Assembly: GCA_036229005.1 (NCBI GenBank)
Contig: JAZAMN010000043.1
Location: 74,569 to 138,568 of the forward strand
DNA length: 64,000 nt
Direction of reading: 5' to 3'
DNA from: Myxococcota bacterium
Lineage (GTDB): Bacteria; Myxococcota_A; UBA796; CAJQPC01
The notes beneath the pieces are model-generated. The model worked only from the letters and a program-made list of their open reading frames with translations. It was not told the origin of the DNA and made no database searches. The stretch's first letter is position 1; each line of letters starts with the position of its first letter. The position numbers and the translations under genes were made by a program. Shown piece by piece: positions 46,554 through 55,873 of the stretch.

Positions 46554-46907
46554 ATGTCTCTCCGCCGCAGGCTGGCGCGCAGCCGTCCCCGACCCGATGA
46601 CCTCGCCTGCGCCCGGGAGTCCCTGTCGCGTTGCAGGGCCGCGCTGCGAGAAGGTGAGGGAGAGCTGGCCTTTGACCACGCGACCGCTGCCCACCTCCGC
46701 CTACAGAACAGCCCGGGCCTGCACGCCGTTGCGCACCTGCACCTGGCCGCGAGCTACCTGCGGCAGGGACGGCTCGGGGGGACGCTGGGGGAGCTCCGGA
46801 TCGGGGCGCTGGCGCCTCTGGCGAGTGTCGTGCGGCGCAGCGCGGGCTACGCGGCGGGGGAGCCGAACCCGGCGGGGATCCTCAAGACCTGGAGGGCCCG
46901 CCGATGA
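46554..46907 (+). CDS. Small helical protein, DUF3703-like
   Basis: AF.H...AH...Q.....H..AH pattern; ATGA-coupled to the next gene. Confidence 0.45.
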   Translation: MSLRRRLARSRPRPDDLACARESLSRCRAALREGEGELAFDHATAAHLRLQNSPGLHAVAHLHLAASYLRQGRLGGTLGELRIGALAPLASVVRRSAGYAAGEPNPAGILKTWRARR

Positions 46908-48622
46908 CGCTGCTGTTGAGTTCGCTGTCCTTCGCCCTGGACATCCAGGTGCCCGCCGATGGCGAGCTGGGCGCCGTGTGCTCGGGCCTGGCCGGGGAGA
47001 GCTACACCGAGACGGTCAACATCTACGTGGACCCGACGGCCGGGACACACACCCAGTGCGAGCTGACCAACGTCAGCGATGTGCGCGTCGTGAGCAGCGT
47101 GGACGGCACCCCGGCCCAGGTCTCCGGGATGATCCTGAGCGGGGTGAGCGGGGTCACGGTCAAGGACCTGGAGCTCGGCCTGAACACGCAGCGGACCAAC
47201 CTGCAGGGATCCGACTGCTCCGAGCTGGAGCTGCTGGATCTCAGCCTGAGCGCTGCGTATTCGCACGGGATCCTCCTGACAGGCGCCGAGGCCGTGACCA
47301 TCGATGGCCTCCAGACCACCCAACAGGGCCGCGCGGGGGCGAACCTGGTGCAGGTGGGGGCCACGCCGAACGACGCCGGCGACCTGCTGGTGATCCGGGA
47401 CGTGCAGGCCTCTGGGCTGTGGGCGCGGATCTACGCCACGACCCAGGGGACCGGCACGGTCGAGCTGGAGGGGATCAGCCTGGATGGCGCCCAGAGCGAC
47501 GATGACGGCGGCTGCCTGTCGCTGGACGCGAACGGGAGCTCGCAGCCGGTCACCCTCAAGGATGTGGACCTCAGCGTGTGCAGCTCGGGCGCGGACGGCG
47601 GCGCGGCCTTCCTGGCCAGCGGGACCTACGAGATCGAGAACAGCACCTTCCAGTCGAGCTCGGCCGCGGGCACGGGCGGCGGGATCTACTTTGGGGACTC
47701 CACCCTCAAGGCCACAAACGTGCGCGTGGCCGGGAATACCGGCACCCCGGGGGGCGGGATCGCGGGCGAGCGGGGCGGGAGCCTCGAGGGCCAGGACGTC
47801 GAGATCTGGCACAACGTGGGCGGCGGCATCAGGACTTGGGGCCCAGTAACCCTGAACGGGGGCAGCCTCTGCGGCAACGACGCCAGCGCGCTGACCGGTC
47901 AGTTCGGGGCGGCGGTCACGGTCACAGCAGACGCTACGACACCGGTCGACCTCACACGGGTCGAGGTGCGCGGGAACACCGCCGGCGTCAACTACCGCAC
48001 GCTCTTCTTCGTCACGGGCGCTCTGGACGTGGACCACCTGAGCGTCTGGGACAACGACGCGGAGAGCCTTGTCGACCCGGGCAGCAGCAGCGCCACCATC
48101 CGCTCCAGCCTCATCGCCAACCTGGACGAGGGCTACGCGACGGAGGTTCCCGTGGGCGGCTACAACTACTGGTTCGACGTCGCCGATCCGAACCCGAGCG
48201 GCGACCTTTGGATCGGCGACCACACCGAGGGCGTGACGGACCCGGGCATGGGCCTCTGGCCGGCGGGAGGGGACTGCGAGACCCTGCTGTACCTGCAACC
48301 GGGCTCACCGCTCGTGGATGCTGGTGACAGTGAACGGGCGGATCCAGACGGTGACACCCCCGAGGACATCGGGGCCCACTACCTGGGCGAGACGCCCGAG
48401 GACAGCGGAGACAGCGGCGAGACCGGCCTGGAGACCGGAGAGACAGGCGGCGAGACAGGGCACCTGGAGACCGGAGAGACCGGGAGCCCCGAGACGGGCG
48501 AGCCTGCCGTCCAGGCCTCCACCGTCACGCTGATGGGGGGCTGTGGGCGCAGCGCGGCGGGCGGGAGTGCGGCCCTGGTGCTGGGGCTGGGCCTGCTCCT
48601 GGGCCGGCGTCGCCGGGGTTGA
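46904..48622 (+). CDS. Right-handed beta-helix (Pmp-like) surface protein with MYXO-CTERM-like anchor
   Basis: GGA/GGG repeats; SPLVDAGD...DIGA; ETG linker; GGCG-TM-RRRR. Confidence 0.8.
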   Translation: MTLLLSSLSFALDIQVPADGELGAVCSGLAGESYTETVNIYVDPTAGTHTQCELTNVSDVRVVSSVDGTPAQVSGMILSGVSGVTVKDLELGLNTQRTNLQGSDCSELELLDLSLSAAYSHGILLTGAEAVTIDGLQTTQQGRAGANLVQVGATPNDAGDLLVIRDVQASGLWARIYATTQGTGTVELEGISLDGAQSDDDGGCLSLDANGSSQPVTLKDVDLSVCSSGADGGAAFLASGTYEIENSTFQSSSAAGTGGGIYFGDSTLKATNVRVAGNTGTPGGGIAGERGGSLEGQDVEIWHNVGGGIRTWGPVTLNGGSLCGNDASALTGQFGAAVTVTADATTPVDLTRVEVRGNTAGVNYRTLFFVTGALDVDHLSVWDNDAESLVDPGSSSATIRSSLIANLDEGYATEVPVGGYNYWFDVADPNPSGDLWIGDHTEGVTDPGMGLWPAGGDCETLLYLQPGSPLVDAGDSERADPDGDTPEDIGAHYLGETPEDSGDSGETGLETGETGGETGHLETGETGSPETGEPAVQASTVTLMGGCGRSAAGGSAALVLGLGLLLGRRRRG

Positions 48623-48679
48623 TGAAAGCCCCCACTTGCGGCATGCCCTGTGGCTGTGCACTCTGAAGATGGAGGAGCT

Positions 48680-50413
48680 ATGCTGCTTTTGATGGCCAGC
48701 GCCGCTTGGGCGACGACCGTGGGGCCGACGGAGTCCCTGGCGGCCGCATGCGCAGCGCTCTCGGATGGCGACGTGCTGTTCATCGAGCCGGGACGCGTGG
48801 TCGAAGCCGACGCCACGGACGCCAGCGATAGCTGCGAGATCTGGGGCGTGAGCGGCGTCACCATCCAGTCGGCCGGCACCGAGCTGGCCGATGTGGGCGG
48901 TATCACGGTGATGGCCAGTGCCAAGGTCACCCTCTCCAACCTGCGCGTCGGGGCGAGCTCCTATGACGCCAACGTGTGGGTGGTGCAGTCTTCGCTCGTG
49001 GCGCTGGAGGGCCTGCACCTGAGCGAGAGCACCGAGCTCGGAGTCTACCTCTTCGACAGCGAAGTGGAGGTCAGTGACCTTGTCGCCGACGTCGAGCTCC
49101 TCGATGGCGACGCGTTCATGTACATCGGCCGCCAGCCCGGGGGGAGCCACGGCGAGACCTACGTCGTGGACACCGCGACCGCGAGCGGGCCTGGCGCGCG
49201 GGTGGAGGTCGTCGGTCGGCCCACCACCAGCGTGAGCCTCACGGACCTCAGCCTCACCGGGGGCCGAGGGGGCAGGGAGAGCGACGACAAGGGCGGGTGC
49301 CTGGCCATCGACGGCCACTCCACTTCCACGAGCGGGCCCCAGGTCCTGCTGGACGGCCTCACCCTCAAGGAGTGCGACGCGTTCAAAGGCGGCGGGCTCA
49401 GCGTCTCGATGGGGGAGGTGACCCTCCAGTACAGCAGCGTCACCGGGGCCGCCGGGGAGTACGGCGGCGCGCTCCACATGGGGCCCTTTGCCAAGCTCAC
49501 CCTCAGCGATGTCACGCTCTCCGGGAACACCGCCGACTCCAGTGGGGGAGCGGTCTGGAACGAGGGCGGGGCGCTCAGCGGCGAGTCGGTGCACCTCAGC
49601 GGCAACGTGGCCCCTCGGGGCGCCGTGCTCGCCCAGACCATCGGCGAGGTCACCCTGGCCCACTCCACGGTCTGCAGCAACCAGGTCACCGGCTTCGAAG
49701 CGGGTGCCGGAACGGTCGCCAGCCTCCACGGCGGGACCGCGAGCTTTGCGCGCAGTGAGATCCGGGACAACGGCGGGGGGACCGCGCTGTTCCTGCTGGA
49801 GAACAGCGCGGGCCTGGAGCTGGACCACGTGAGCCTCTGGGAGAACGACGACGACCTGCTCTTTGGCATCCAGGACGCCACGTCGGCGGTCAAGGTGCGC
49901 GGCAGCCTGCTCAGCCACGCCCAGTTCGGCAGCGTCGGCTTCGGGCTCGCCGGCGGCTACAACCTCTGGTACGCCGTGGGGACCCCGGCGATGGGCACCA
50001 GCCTGCCCTCGACGGACACCGTCAGCGCAGAGGACCCCGGGCTGGGACTCTGGCCGAGCGGTGCAGACTGCAGCATTCCGTTGCACCCTGATGCAGCCTC
50101 TCCTCTGGTGGACGCTGGAGACCCCGCTCGGGACCCCGATCCGGACGGCAGCGTCGAGGACATCGGCGCCCACCCCTATGAGCACCCCGTTGACACCGGG
50201 GACAGCGGGGACTCCGGGGACAGCGGGGACTCCGGGGACAGCGGGGAGACGGGCGAGACCGGGGACAGCGGCGTGGTCGAGACCGGGACCCCAGACACCG
50301 GCGTCCAGGCCGCCCCCCTTCTCCTGGGAGGCTGCGGTCGGGGGGCCAACAGCGGGGCCTTCATCTTGGGGCTGGGGCTGCTGCTGCTGGGGCGGCGTCG
50401 CCTGGGTGTGTGA
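48680..50413 (+). CDS. Paralogous beta-helix surface protein with MYXO-CTERM-like anchor
   Basis: GGAGGAG RBS; N.A...GGA repeats; SPLVDAGDP; (GDS)n linker; GGCG-TM-RRR. Confidence 0.8.
   Translation: MLLLMASAAWATTVGPTESLAAACAALSDGDVLFIEPGRVVEADATDASDSCEIWGVSGVTIQSAGTELADVGGITVMASAKVTLSNLRVGASSYDANVWVVQSSLVALEGLHLSESTELGVYLFDSEVEVSDLVADVELLDGDAFMYIGRQPGGSHGETYVVDTATASGPGARVEVVGRPTTSVSLTDLSLTGGRGGRESDDKGGCLAIDGHSTSTSGPQVLLDGLTLKECDAFKGGGLSVSMGEVTLQYSSVTGAAGEYGGALHMGPFAKLTLSDVTLSGNTADSSGGAVWNEGGALSGESVHLSGNVAPRGAVLAQTIGEVTLAHSTVCSNQVTGFEAGAGTVASLHGGTASFARSEIRDNGGGTALFLLENSAGLELDHVSLWENDDDLLFGIQDATSAVKVRGSLLSHAQFGSVGFGLAGGYNLWYAVGTPAMGTSLPSTDTVSAEDPGLGLWPSGADCSIPLHPDAASPLVDAGDPARDPDPDGSVEDIGAHPYEHPVDTGDSGDSGDSGDSGDSGETGETGDSGVVETGTPDTGVQAAPLLLGGCGRGANSGAFILGLGLLLLGRRRLGV
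50192..50272 (+). repeat. Coding 9-bp tandem repeat encoding (GDS)n/GET
   Basis: Alternating ggggacagc/ggggactcc units. Confidence 0.85.
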
Positions 50414-50450
50414 GAACCCACAGGCCGGGTGTGGCATCCCGCCCATGGGT

Positions 50451-50478
50451 TGTTTCAGATCCACCCTGATCTGAAACA
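50451..50478. promoter_or_regulatory. 11-bp perfect inverted repeat TGTTTCAGATC-N6-GATCTGAAACA, putative activator site
   Basis: AT-rich palindrome about 30 nt upstream of a -24/-12 box. Confidence 0.55.
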
Positions 50479-50505
50479 CCCTGACGGGGGGCTCAAGAGG
50501 GGAGT

Positions 50506-50521
50506 TGGCACGGTCCCTGCA
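50506..50521 (+). promoter_or_regulatory. Sigma54 promoter of ccoG
   Basis: TGGCACG-GTCC-CTGCA, exact GG-N10-GC spacing. Confidence 0.7.
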
Positions 50522-50545
50522 GACGGGTGGCAGCGGAGGCCTCTC

Positions 50546-51892
50546 ATGGCGATCTTCGAGACCAAGCCCGGCTGGCATCGGACCTACATCTACCCGATGG
50601 AGGTCAAGGGCAGGTTCCAGACCATCCGCAAGTGGTCGATGCTGGCGCTGCAGGCCTTCTTCTTCATCATGCCCTGGGTGAAGATCGGCGGGAAGCGCAT
50701 GCTGATGCTGGACATCGGCGGGCGGGAGCTCCACATCTTCGGCGCGGTGTTCACCAGCACGGACAACGAGTTCATCCTGCTCATCCTGCTGATGTCGGGC
50801 TTCGCGCTCTTCCTGTTCACCAGCCTCTTTGGCCGCATCTGGTGCGGCTACGCCTGCCCCCAGACGGTGTTCCTGGAGCAGTGGGTCTACCCCATCGAGG
50901 AGTTCATCGAGGGCAAGCGCGGCGTGCGCATGCGCCGGGACCGCAAGGGCAAGGGCACCTGGGACTGGTGGTGGCGCAAGATCGCCAAGTGGACCGTCTG
51001 GGTCATCATGAGCGTCATCCTGGCCATGACGCTGACCAGCTTCTTTGTGGACGCGGCGACCCTGTGGACCTTCCAGGCCTCCGCCGGCTTCTACGCGGCC
51101 GCCTTCGTGCTCGGGGCCGGCGCTCTGGCCGACTACGGCTGGTTCCGCGACCAGTTCTGCTCCTACCTCTGCCCCTACGCCCGCTTCCAGGGCGCGCTGA
51201 CCGACGACGAGTCCTGGGTCATCGCGTACGACGAGCCCCGGGGTGAGCCCCGCCGCCGCGGCAAGCGCAAGAACGACGCCCAGGGCGCCTGCATCTCCTG
51301 CAACAAGTGCGTCTCCGTGTGCCCCCAAGGCATCGACATCCGCGACGGCTACCAGCTCGAGTGCATCTCCTGCGCCCGCTGCATCGACGCCTGCGAGGGC
51401 GTCATGGACAAGCTGGGGGAGGAGACCCTGGTCCGCTACACCTCGGTCGCCGAGGAGGCGGGCAAGAAGGTCCGCTGGCTGCGCCCCCGCACGATGGTGT
51501 ACGGCGCCATCATGACCGTGCTCATCGGCATCTTCGTGGCCCTGCTCGCCGGCCGCCACCAGATCGAGGCCTCGGTCAACCGCACCACGGGCACGCTCTA
51601 CACCATCGACGACGACGGCTACGTGCGGAACACCTACATGCTCTACGTGGCCAACCGCTCGGGTGACGATGCCCCCATCACCTACGACATCGATGTGGTC
51701 GGCGAGGGCCTGGAGGGCGCGGAGATCATCGAGCTCCCCATGGTGCTCTCCAGCGGCGAGTCCAAGACCCTGCCCCTCATCGTCCGCCTGCCCCCCGATG
51801 ACAGCCGGCCCGCCACGCTGCCCATCGAGGTCCGCATCGCCGACCAGGACGACGTCGTGGTCCTGGACACCAACTTCAAGTCCGGGAAGTAG
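50546..51892 (+). CDS. ccoG: Cytochrome c oxidase accessory protein CcoG/FixG
   Basis: GRIWCGYACPQTVF; FC.Y.CPYARFQ; CISCNKCVSVCPQGIDIRDGYQLECISCARCIDAC; RPRT..Y; FixG C-terminal domain. Confidence 0.95.
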   Translation: MAIFETKPGWHRTYIYPMEVKGRFQTIRKWSMLALQAFFFIMPWVKIGGKRMLMLDIGGRELHIFGAVFTSTDNEFILLILLMSGFALFLFTSLFGRIWCGYACPQTVFLEQWVYPIEEFIEGKRGVRMRRDRKGKGTWDWWWRKIAKWTVWVIMSVILAMTLTSFFVDAATLWTFQASAGFYAAAFVLGAGALADYGWFRDQFCSYLCPYARFQGALTDDESWVIAYDEPRGEPRRRGKRKNDAQGACISCNKCVSVCPQGIDIRDGYQLECISCARCIDACEGVMDKLGEETLVRYTSVAEEAGKKVRWLRPRTMVYGAIMTVLIGIFVALLAGRHQIEASVNRTTGTLYTIDDDGYVRNTYMLYVANRSGDDAPITYDIDVVGEGLEGAEIIELPMVLSSGESKTLPLIVRLPPDDSRPATLPIEVRIADQDDVVVLDTNFKSGK

Positions 51893-51894
51893 CC

Positions 51895-53181
51895 GTGACG
51901 GAGCTGCGCCCTTGGCAGCAGCGCTATCGGAGCAAGCTGCTCGGCGCTGACAAGGCGCTCTCGGGCCTGCCTGACGGCGCTTTCCTCTACCTGGGAGGGA
52001 ATGCCGCCACGCCCCGGCACCTGGCCGGGGCGCTCGCCCGCATCGCTGGGCCGGATCACCGCTTCTGCCTTGGGCATGTGCTCTTGCTCGGGCAGGACCC
52101 CGTGGTCACCCGAGGTCACCCGCATGTCCGCCACCTGGCCTGGTTCGTCGGGCCCGCGGACCGCGCCCAGGTCAACGCGGGGGAGGCCGACTATGTGCCC
52201 TGCAACCTCTCGGAGGTCCCCCGGCTGGTCCGGGAGCTGCCCCGGCTGGACGCTGCGCTGCTGATGGTCTCGCCGCCGGACCGCAACGGCCAGATGTCCC
52301 TGGGCACCGAGGTCATGGCCTCGCTGGCCGCCGCCGAGCGCGCCCAGCGGGTGATCGTGCAGGTCAACCGGCGCATGCCGCGGGTGCTGGGCAACACCTT
52401 CCTGCACGTGGACGACGTCGACGCCATCGTGGAGTTCGAGGAGCCGCTGCCCGAGCTGCGCCCGCGGGTCCCCACCCAGGTCGAGCAGCGCATCGCCGAG
52501 AACATCCTGCCCCTCATCGAGCAGGGGGCCACCCTGCAGCTCGGCATCGGCGGGATCCCGGATGCGGTCATCGGGCTGCTCTGTGACCGCCAGGGCATGG
52601 AGCTGGGGGTGCACTCCGAGATGATCTCCGATGGCGTGATGAACGCCGTCGAGGCCGGCGTGGTCACCTGCCGCTTCAAGACCCGGCACCGGCGCAAGGT
52701 GGTCACCACCTTCATCCTGGGCTCCCGCGAGCTCTACGACTGGGTGGACGACAACCCCCTGATCGAGGCCCACCCCTGCGACCACACCAACGACCTGTTG
52801 GTGGCCAGCCAGAACGACAAGCTGGTGGCCATCAACTCGGCCATCAGCGTGGACCTGAGCGGGCAGGTGAACTCCGACAGCATCGGCCAGCGGGTCTACT
52901 CGGGCGTGGGCGGGCAGGTGGACTTCATGCGCGCCGCCTCGCGCAGCAAGGGCGGGGTGCCCATCCTGGCCATCCCGTCGACCGCCCAGCGGGGCGCCAG
53001 CAGCCGCATCGTCGACACCCTGGCCCAGGGCGCGGGCGTCGTGACGCCGCGCGCGGACCTGCACTGGGTGGTCACCGAGTACGGCGCGGTGAACCTCTAC
53101 GGAGCCAGCCTGCGGGAGCGCCGGCGCAAGCTGAGCGCCATCGCCCACCCGGACTTCCGGGCGGAGCTGGGCGCGGTCTGA
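51895..53181 (+). CDS. Acetyl-CoA hydrolase / 4-hydroxybutyrate CoA-transferase family
   Basis: TLQLGIGGIPDAV; GVHSEM; SGVGGQVDF; VVTEYG; IAHPDFR. Confidence 0.93.
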   Translation: MTELRPWQQRYRSKLLGADKALSGLPDGAFLYLGGNAATPRHLAGALARIAGPDHRFCLGHVLLLGQDPVVTRGHPHVRHLAWFVGPADRAQVNAGEADYVPCNLSEVPRLVRELPRLDAALLMVSPPDRNGQMSLGTEVMASLAAAERAQRVIVQVNRRMPRVLGNTFLHVDDVDAIVEFEEPLPELRPRVPTQVEQRIAENILPLIEQGATLQLGIGGIPDAVIGLLCDRQGMELGVHSEMISDGVMNAVEAGVVTCRFKTRHRRKVVTTFILGSRELYDWVDDNPLIEAHPCDHTNDLLVASQNDKLVAINSAISVDLSGQVNSDSIGQRVYSGVGGQVDFMRAASRSKGGVPILAIPSTAQRGASSRIVDTLAQGAGVVTPRADLHWVVTEYGAVNLYGASLRERRRKLSAIAHPDFRAELGAV

Positions 53182-53185
53182 GGGC

Positions 53186-53866
53186 TCAGGTGGCGGGGCT
53201 GGGGCTCCGCTGCGCCTGGTACCAGACCTCGGCCGCTGCGAGGCGCTGGGGGGTGCCCGCGTCGAACCACCGCCCGCCGTGGTGGAAGGCCTGGACCGGG
53301 GCCAGGGCGCTGATGAGCTCCGGCATGTCCATGCGCTGCCCATGGAGCACCTGCGCCAGCGCCGCTCGGTCGAACACGTAGGCCCCCACGGTCACCTGGA
53401 GTGAGAGCCGGGGCCGCTCCTGCCAGCTCTGCAGTCGTCCGGCCTGGACCTGCACGACTCCCTGGGGGATCTCGTGCTCCACGGTGGTGGTCACGGCCGT
53501 CGCGCGCCCGTCGTGGGCCGCCAGCAGCGCGCGCAGATCCAGGTCCGAGACGTGGTCGACGTTCAGGGAGAGCCAGGTCCGCGGCTCGGGGGGGAGCTGC
53601 GCGAGCGCCCCGGCGGTCCCCAGGGGGCTTGGCTCCGCGATGACCTCGACGCCAGCGGGCGCGCAAGCCCGGAGCGTGGAGGCCTCGTAGCCTGCCAGCA
53701 GCACCACCCGGGCCGGGTTCAGGGGGGCCACGCGCTCCAGCAGGTGCGAGAGCAGGGTCCCGCCCGCGAAGGGGGCCAGCGCCTTGGGGGCGGTGCCGGT
53801 CACGGGGCGCAGCCGGGTGCCCAGGCCGCCTGCGATGATCGCCACGCCGGGCCTCAAGCCAGCCAC
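53186..53866 (-). CDS. Sugar-phosphate nucleotidyltransferase
   Basis: AGGLGTRLRPVT...PKAL; EPSPLGTAGAL; WFDAGTP. Confidence 0.88.
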   Translation of the reverse strand: MAGLRPGVAIIAGGLGTRLRPVTGTAPKALAPFAGGTLLSHLLERVAPLNPARVVLLAGYEASTLRACAPAGVEVIAEPSPLGTAGALAQLPPEPRTWLSLNVDHVSDLDLRALLAAHDGRATAVTTTVEHEIPQGVVQVQAGRLQSWQERPRLSLQVTVGAYVFDRAALAQVLHGQRMDMPELISALAPVQAFHHGGRWFDAGTPQRLAAAEVWYQAQRSPSPAT

Positions 53867-54516
53867 AGGGCCTCCACGCTGCGGGCGAAGTTCCGCAGCC
53901 CCGACAGTCCATCGTGCATCGAGGCGCCGCCGCTGCGCTCGGGCATCCGCACAGGGTGCTCGCGCAGCCGCAGCCCCGCCCGCCACGCCGCCACGCGGAT
54001 GTTCGCGTCCGCGCAGTCGCTGTCCAGCAGCGCCGCCAGGGTCTGGATCGCGCGCGCGTTGCTCGCCCACATCCCCGCCATCACGTCCTGCAGCGGCAGC
54101 CCCGTGCGCCCCCGGACCATCAAGGCCAGGGCCGCGTTCCCGGCCCGCCGCCCCCAAGGCCCGCCCGAGTCCGTGCCCGCCCGGCTCGCGAACACCAGAT
54201 CGTGGCCCTCCAGCGCCTCCAGGAGCGCCGGCAGGGCCTCTGGGGGGTGCTGCCCATCCGCGTCGAGCTGCAGCGCCCGCTGCACACCCTGCTCCGCCAG
54301 GAATCGGTAGCCGGTGGCCAGGGCGCGCGCGTAGCCTGGGCCGCGCTGACTCAGGACCAGGGCCCCGGCGGCCCGCGCCACCTGCGCCGTGTCGTCCTGG
54401 CTGTCCCCATCCACCACGATCCGCTGCGCGCCCGGCAGCACGCGCTCCAGCTCGGCCAGCACCGCGCCCAGGCGGGGGCCTTCATTCCGGGCGGGGATCA
54501 GGACAGCGGGCTGCAC
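53854..54516 (-). CDS. GT2 glycosyltransferase (polyprenol-phosphate type)
   Basis: LIPARNE; VVDGDSQDDT; LDADGQHPP; R..G.S. Confidence 0.9.
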   Translation of the reverse strand: MQPAVLIPARNEGPRLGAVLAELERVLPGAQRIVVDGDSQDDTAQVARAAGALVLSQRGPGYARALATGYRFLAEQGVQRALQLDADGQHPPEALPALLEALEGHDLVFASRAGTDSGGPWGRRAGNAALALMVRGRTGLPLQDVMAGMWASNARAIQTLAALLDSDCADANIRVAAWRAGLRLREHPVRMPERSGGASMHDGLSGLRNFARSVEALWLA

Positions 54517-54645
54517 CGCCCCAGAGTACCGCGGAGCCCTTGCGCAGGCCCGCCGGAGCGCCAGCGCAGGCGCCCGCGGAACTCCTCGCCCCCAGATCTG
54601 TCGGATAGGGTGAAGGCTGCAGCCGCGTCTTCCGTCACCCCTGGC

Positions 54646-55098
54646 GTGGAGGGATTCTTGTTCATCTGGCTCACCGCATCGCTGCTCGCCCAGGACGTGG
54701 GCGGAACCCTGGAGCAGGACGGCGTCACCACCGCCCGGGAGAAGATCCGCTTCGCCGGCGTGGCCGTCGCCGAGATGAAAGACGTGCGCGGCGAGCTGGA
54801 GACCCTCTACCAGGACGCCCAGGTCAACGAAGCGCGCCGCTGCCTGGAGCTCGAGCTGTCCTACGTCGACGAGCTCATCTCCGTCAGCGAAGCCAGCACC
54901 CTGGCCATCCCAGACGCCCTGGCGGCGGGGAACCACGGGCAGGCCGAGCAGGAGTTCCGCAAGATCACCGTCGCGTTGATGCGGGTCCGGCAGAGTCGGG
55001 AAGAGGGCTTTGCCTGCGCCGTGCTCCCGCCCCCCAACTCCCAGGGCTGGTCGGGGTCTCAGACCGAGGACTCCGATCCTGGCGTCAGCGAGGACTGA
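54646..55098 (+). CDS. Secreted helical protein with a C-x57-C pair
   Basis: Short signal peptide, amphipathic helices, host codon bias; GTG start inferred. Confidence 0.65.
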   Translation: MEGFLFIWLTASLLAQDVGGTLEQDGVTTAREKIRFAGVAVAEMKDVRGELETLYQDAQVNEARRCLELELSYVDELISVSEASTLAIPDALAAGNHGQAEQEFRKITVALMRVRQSREEGFACAVLPPPNSQGWSGSQTEDSDPGVSED

Positions 55099-55261
55099 CC
55101 GCCCGACAGCGCCCACACACAAAGTGCACGCGCCCCCCGTCGCCGCGCCCCGTGGTCGGTCCCACGGGCTGGAAGAGCCAGGCCTTGAGCGCGTCCACCG
55201 GCGCCACCCGCTTGCAGCGGTCGCAGCGCAGGCTGGGGCGCCAGAAGACCCGCTTGCTCAC
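55085..55261 (-). CDS. 58-aa zinc-ribbon-like protein
   Basis: CDRC...CGRC; GTGA overlap with the upstream stop. Confidence 0.55.
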   Translation of the reverse strand: MSKRVFWRPSLRCDRCKRVAPVDALKAWLFQPVGPTTGRGDGGRVHFVCGRCRAVSPR

Positions 55262-55845
55262 ATCCCCAGGCCGCTCTTGATGCGGTCCCACAGGCCGGTG
55301 GGCTGGGGCTCGGGGTCCTGCCCCGGATCGGCCTCCGTGCCGGTCAGGATCTGCACCGGGTCGGCGTCCAGGTCCCCAAAGATCTGGAGGCCCTGCTCCA
55401 GCTTGCGGTGGTGGGTCACGCCGGTGTCCTGGGCGCGGCGCTGCGCGGCCTCCAGGATCGCCAGGATCACGCCGGGGTCCACCACCTGCAGGGGGCTGTC
55501 GGTGGAGATGCGGATCACCTCGTTCTGGACCTCGCCGGGGTGCGCGCCCTTGAGGATGTCGACCCGGGTGACCTCGCCGGTGGCCAGATCCACGTCAAAG
55601 AAGACGGCGGTCCTGGCTTCCGTGTGGTGACGCTTCACGGCGATGGTGCGCACTTTTGCCCCTCGCTCGTGCCAGGTCTCGCTGGCGAAGCACTCCGCCC
55701 AGTCCCACTGCGCCGCGACGTCCAGATCGGCGTTCGCGGCCTGACGCGCGGCCACCACCTGACGCTTCCGCGCCTGCTTGCGCGCGGCGGCCTTCTTCTT
55801 CTTCTTCTCCAGGGCCTTCTGCTTGTGGCGCTCCGACTTGGCCAT
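55258..55845 (-). CDS. Hypothetical protein with Lys/Arg-rich N-terminus
   Basis: GAGG RBS; MAKSERHKQKALEKKKKK; strong codon bias. Confidence 0.75.
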   Translation of the reverse strand: MAKSERHKQKALEKKKKKAAARKQARKRQVVAARQAANADLDVAAQWDWAECFASETWHERGAKVRTIAVKRHHTEARTAVFFDVDLATGEVTRVDILKGAHPGEVQNEVIRISTDSPLQVVDPGVILAILEAAQRRAQDTGVTHHRKLEQGLQIFGDLDADPVQILTGTEADPGQDPEPQPTGLWDRIKSGLGM

Positions 55846-55873
55846 GCTGTCCTCGCTGCAGGGGGCAGGGTCT

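Noticed and set aside
50407..50422. CRP/FNR-like site TGTGT-N6-CCACA
   Set aside because: Imperfect match that overlaps the upstream stop codon; insufficient evidence.
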